From: Eledone cirrhosa
Lineage: Eukaryota
Reading direction: 5' to 3'
Assembly: GCA_964016885.1 (NCBI GenBank)
Contig: OZ024740.1
Span: 204,600,001-204,664,000 of the forward strand
Length of the DNA stretch: 64,000 nt
Under the pieces are notes generated by a model. The model did not search any database. It saw only the letters and a list, made by a program, of their open reading frames with translations, and was not told the origin of the DNA. This document shows, piece by piece, positions 61,401 through 64,000 of this stretch (positions within the stretch are counted from its first letter, which is position 1; each line of letters starts with the position of its first letter). The position numbers and the translations under genes were made by a program.

Positions 61401-64000
61401 AATTTCTCAAAGAACTAAGATCCTTGGAAGGTAATAGCAATTTCTCAAAGAAGAACTAAGATCCTTGGAAGGTAATAGCAACTTCTCAAAGAAGAAATAA
61501 CATCCTTGGAAGGTAATAGCAACTTCTCAAAGAAGAACTAACATCCTTGGAAGGTAATAGCACCTTCTCAAGGAAGAACTAACATCCTTGGAAGGTAATA
61601 GCACCTTCTCAAAGAAGAACTAAGATCCTTGGAAGGTAATAGCACCTTCTCGAAGAAGAACTAAGATCCTTGGAAGGTAATAGCACCTTCTCGAAGAAGA
61701 ACTAAGATCCTTGGAAGGTAATAGCACCTTCTCAAAGAAGAACTAACATCCTTGGAAGGTAATAGCACCTTCTCAAAGAAGAACTAACATCCTTGGAAGG
61801 TAATAGCACCTTCTCAAAGAAGAACTAACATCCTTGGAAGGTAATAGCAACTTCTCAAAGAAGAACTAACATCCTTGGAAGGTAATAGCAACTTCTCAAA
61901 GAAGAACTAACATCATTGGAAGGTAATAGCAACTTCTCAAAGAAGAACTAAGATCATTGGAAGGTAATAGCACCTTCTCAAAGAAGAACTAAGATCCTTG
62001 GAAGGTAATAGCAACTTCTCAAAGAAGAACTAAGATCCTTAGAAGGTAATAGCAACTTCTCAAAGAAGAACTAAGATCCTTGGAAGGTAATAGCACCTTC
62101 TCAAAGAAGAACTAACATCCTTGGAAGGTAATAGCACCTTCTCAAAGAAGAACTAAGATCCTTGGAAGGTAATAGCAACTTCTCAAAGAAGAACTAAGAT
62201 TCTTGGAAGGTAATAGCAACTTCTCAAAGAAGAACTAACATCCTTGGAAGGTAATAGCAACTTCTTTGAGAAGAACTAACATCCTTGGAAGGTAATAGCA
62301 CCTTCTCAAAGAAGAACTAACATCCTTGGAAGGTAATAGCACCTTCTCAAAGAAGAACTAACATTCTTGGAAGGTAATAGCAATTTCTCAAAGAACTAAG
62401 ATCCTTGGAAGGTAATAGCAATTTCTCAAAGAAGAACTAAGATCCTTGGAAGGTAATAGCAACTTCTCAAAGAAGAACTAACATCCTTGGAAGGTAATAG
62501 CAACTTCTCAAAGAAGAACTAACATCCTTGGAAGGTAATAGCACCTTCTCAAGGAAGAACTAACATCCTTGGAAGGTAATAGCACCTTCTCAAAGAAGAA
62601 CTAAGATCCTTGGAAGGTAATAGCACCTTCTCAAAGAAGAACTAAGATCCTTGGAAGGTAATAGCACCTTCTCGAAGAAGAACTAAGATCCTTGGAAGGT
62701 AATAGCACCTTCTCAAAGAAGAACTAACATCCTTGGAAGGTAATAGCACCTTCTCAAAGAAGAACTAACATCCTTGGAAGGTAATAGCACCTTCTCAAAG
62801 AAGAACTAACATCCTTGGAAGGTAATAGCAACTTCTCAAAGAAGAACTAAGATCCTTGGAAGGTAATAGCAACTTCTCAAAGAAGAACTAACATCCTTGG
62901 AAGGTAATAGCAACTTCTCAAAGAAGAACTAAGATCCTTGGAAGGTAATAGAACCTTCTCAAAGAAGAACTAAGATCCTTGGAAGGTAATAGCACCTTCT
63001 CGAAGAAGAACTAAGATCCTTGGAAGTTAATAGCACCTTCTCAAAGAAGAACTAACATCCTTGGAAGGTAATAGCACCTTCTCAAAGAAGAACTAACATC
63101 CTTGGAAGGTAATAGCACCTTCTCAAAGAAGAACTAACATCCTTGGAAGGTAATAGCAACTTCTCAAAGAAGAACTAAGATCCTTGGAAGGTAATAGCAA
63201 CTTCTCAAAGAAGAACTAACATCCTTGGAAGGTAATAGCACCTTCTCAAAGAAGAACTAAGATCCTTGGAAGGTAATAGCACCTTCGCAAAGAAGAACTA
63301 AGATCATTGGAAGGTAATAGCAACTTCTCAAAGAAGAACTAACATCATTGGAAGGTAATAGCAACTTCTCAAAGAAGAACTAACATCCTTGGAAGGTAAT
63401 AGCACCTTCTCAAAGAAGAACTACGATCCTTGGAAGGTAATAGCAACTTCTCAAAGAAGAACTAACATCCTTGGAATGTAATAGCACCTTCTCAAAGAAG
63501 AACTAACATCCTTGGAAGGTAATAGCAACTTTTCAAAGAAGAACTAACATCCTTGGAAGGTAATAGCAACTTCTCAAAGAAGAACTAACATCCTTGGAAG
63601 GTAATAGCACCTTCTCAAAGAAGAACTAACATCCTTGGAAGGTAATAGCAACTACTCAAAAAAGAACTAACATCATTGGAAGTTAATAGCACCTTCTCAA
63701 AGAAGAACTAACATCCTTGGAAGGTAATAGCAACTTCTCAAAGAAGAACTAACATCCTTGGAATGTAATAGCACCTTCTCAAAGAAGAACTAACATCCTT
63801 GGAAGGTAATAGCACCTTCTCAAAGAAGAACTAAGATCCTTGGAAGGTAATAGCACCTTCTCAAAGAAGAACTAAGATCCTTGGAAGGTAATAGCAACTT
63901 CTCAAAGAAGAACTAACATCCTTGGAAGGTAATAGCAACTTCTCAAAGAAGAACTAAGATCATTGGAAGGTAATAGCACCTTCTCAAAGAAGAACTAACA
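46404..64000. repeat. 41-bp satellite array, about 430 copies, continuing beyond the window
   Basis: Consensus TTGGAAGGTAATAGCACCTTCTCAAAGAAGAACTAACATCC. Period 41 (ggtaatag at 46411 and 46452). Occasional 38-bp units. No spacers and no ORF. Confidence 0.98.

Noticed and set aside
47400-63010. Heat-shock elements in TTCTCGAA variant units
   Set aside because: Only two inverted nGAAn pentamers in a minority of units. A canonical HSE needs three.
46404-64000. CRISPR array (palindromic repeats of about 40 bp)
   Set aside because: Units abut with no unique spacers, there are no cas genes, and the context is eukaryotic.
46404-64000. Giant repetitive protein-coding exon
   Set aside because: The 41-bp period is not a multiple of 3 and each unit has stop triplets on both strands, so all frames close within a few units.

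Overview
AT-rich, repeat-dense animal genomic DNA. The SINE, RTE and MITE repertoire looks coleoid cephalopod (octopus-like), which is an inference. One host gene spans most of the window on the minus strand: a nucleobindin (NUCB1/NUCB2 orthologue). I assembled 10 coding exons by hand between 41294 and 443. All have GT-AG boundaries and consistent phases, giving 1560 nt and 519 aa: signal peptide, nesfatin-like N-terminus with KRR site, two EF-hands and a Gln-rich tandem-repeat tail. Its introns, especially the 24-kb one at 17124-41180, hold many transposons. These include a Penelope-like element with inverted pseudo-LTRs and hammerhead-ribozyme-like motifs, split by an RTE LINE that ends up fused in frame. 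There are also CRE-like and CR1 LINE remnants, non-autonomous Helitrons, TTAA/piggyBac-like MITEs, tRNA-derived SINEs and minisatellites. A Tx1/L1 remnant lies upstream of the first coding exon. The last 17.6 kb is a 41-bp satellite of about 430 copies that runs off the window. Each unit carries a stem-loop, and variant units form kb-scale higher-order repeats. There is no CRISPR array, rRNA gene or true tRNA gene.
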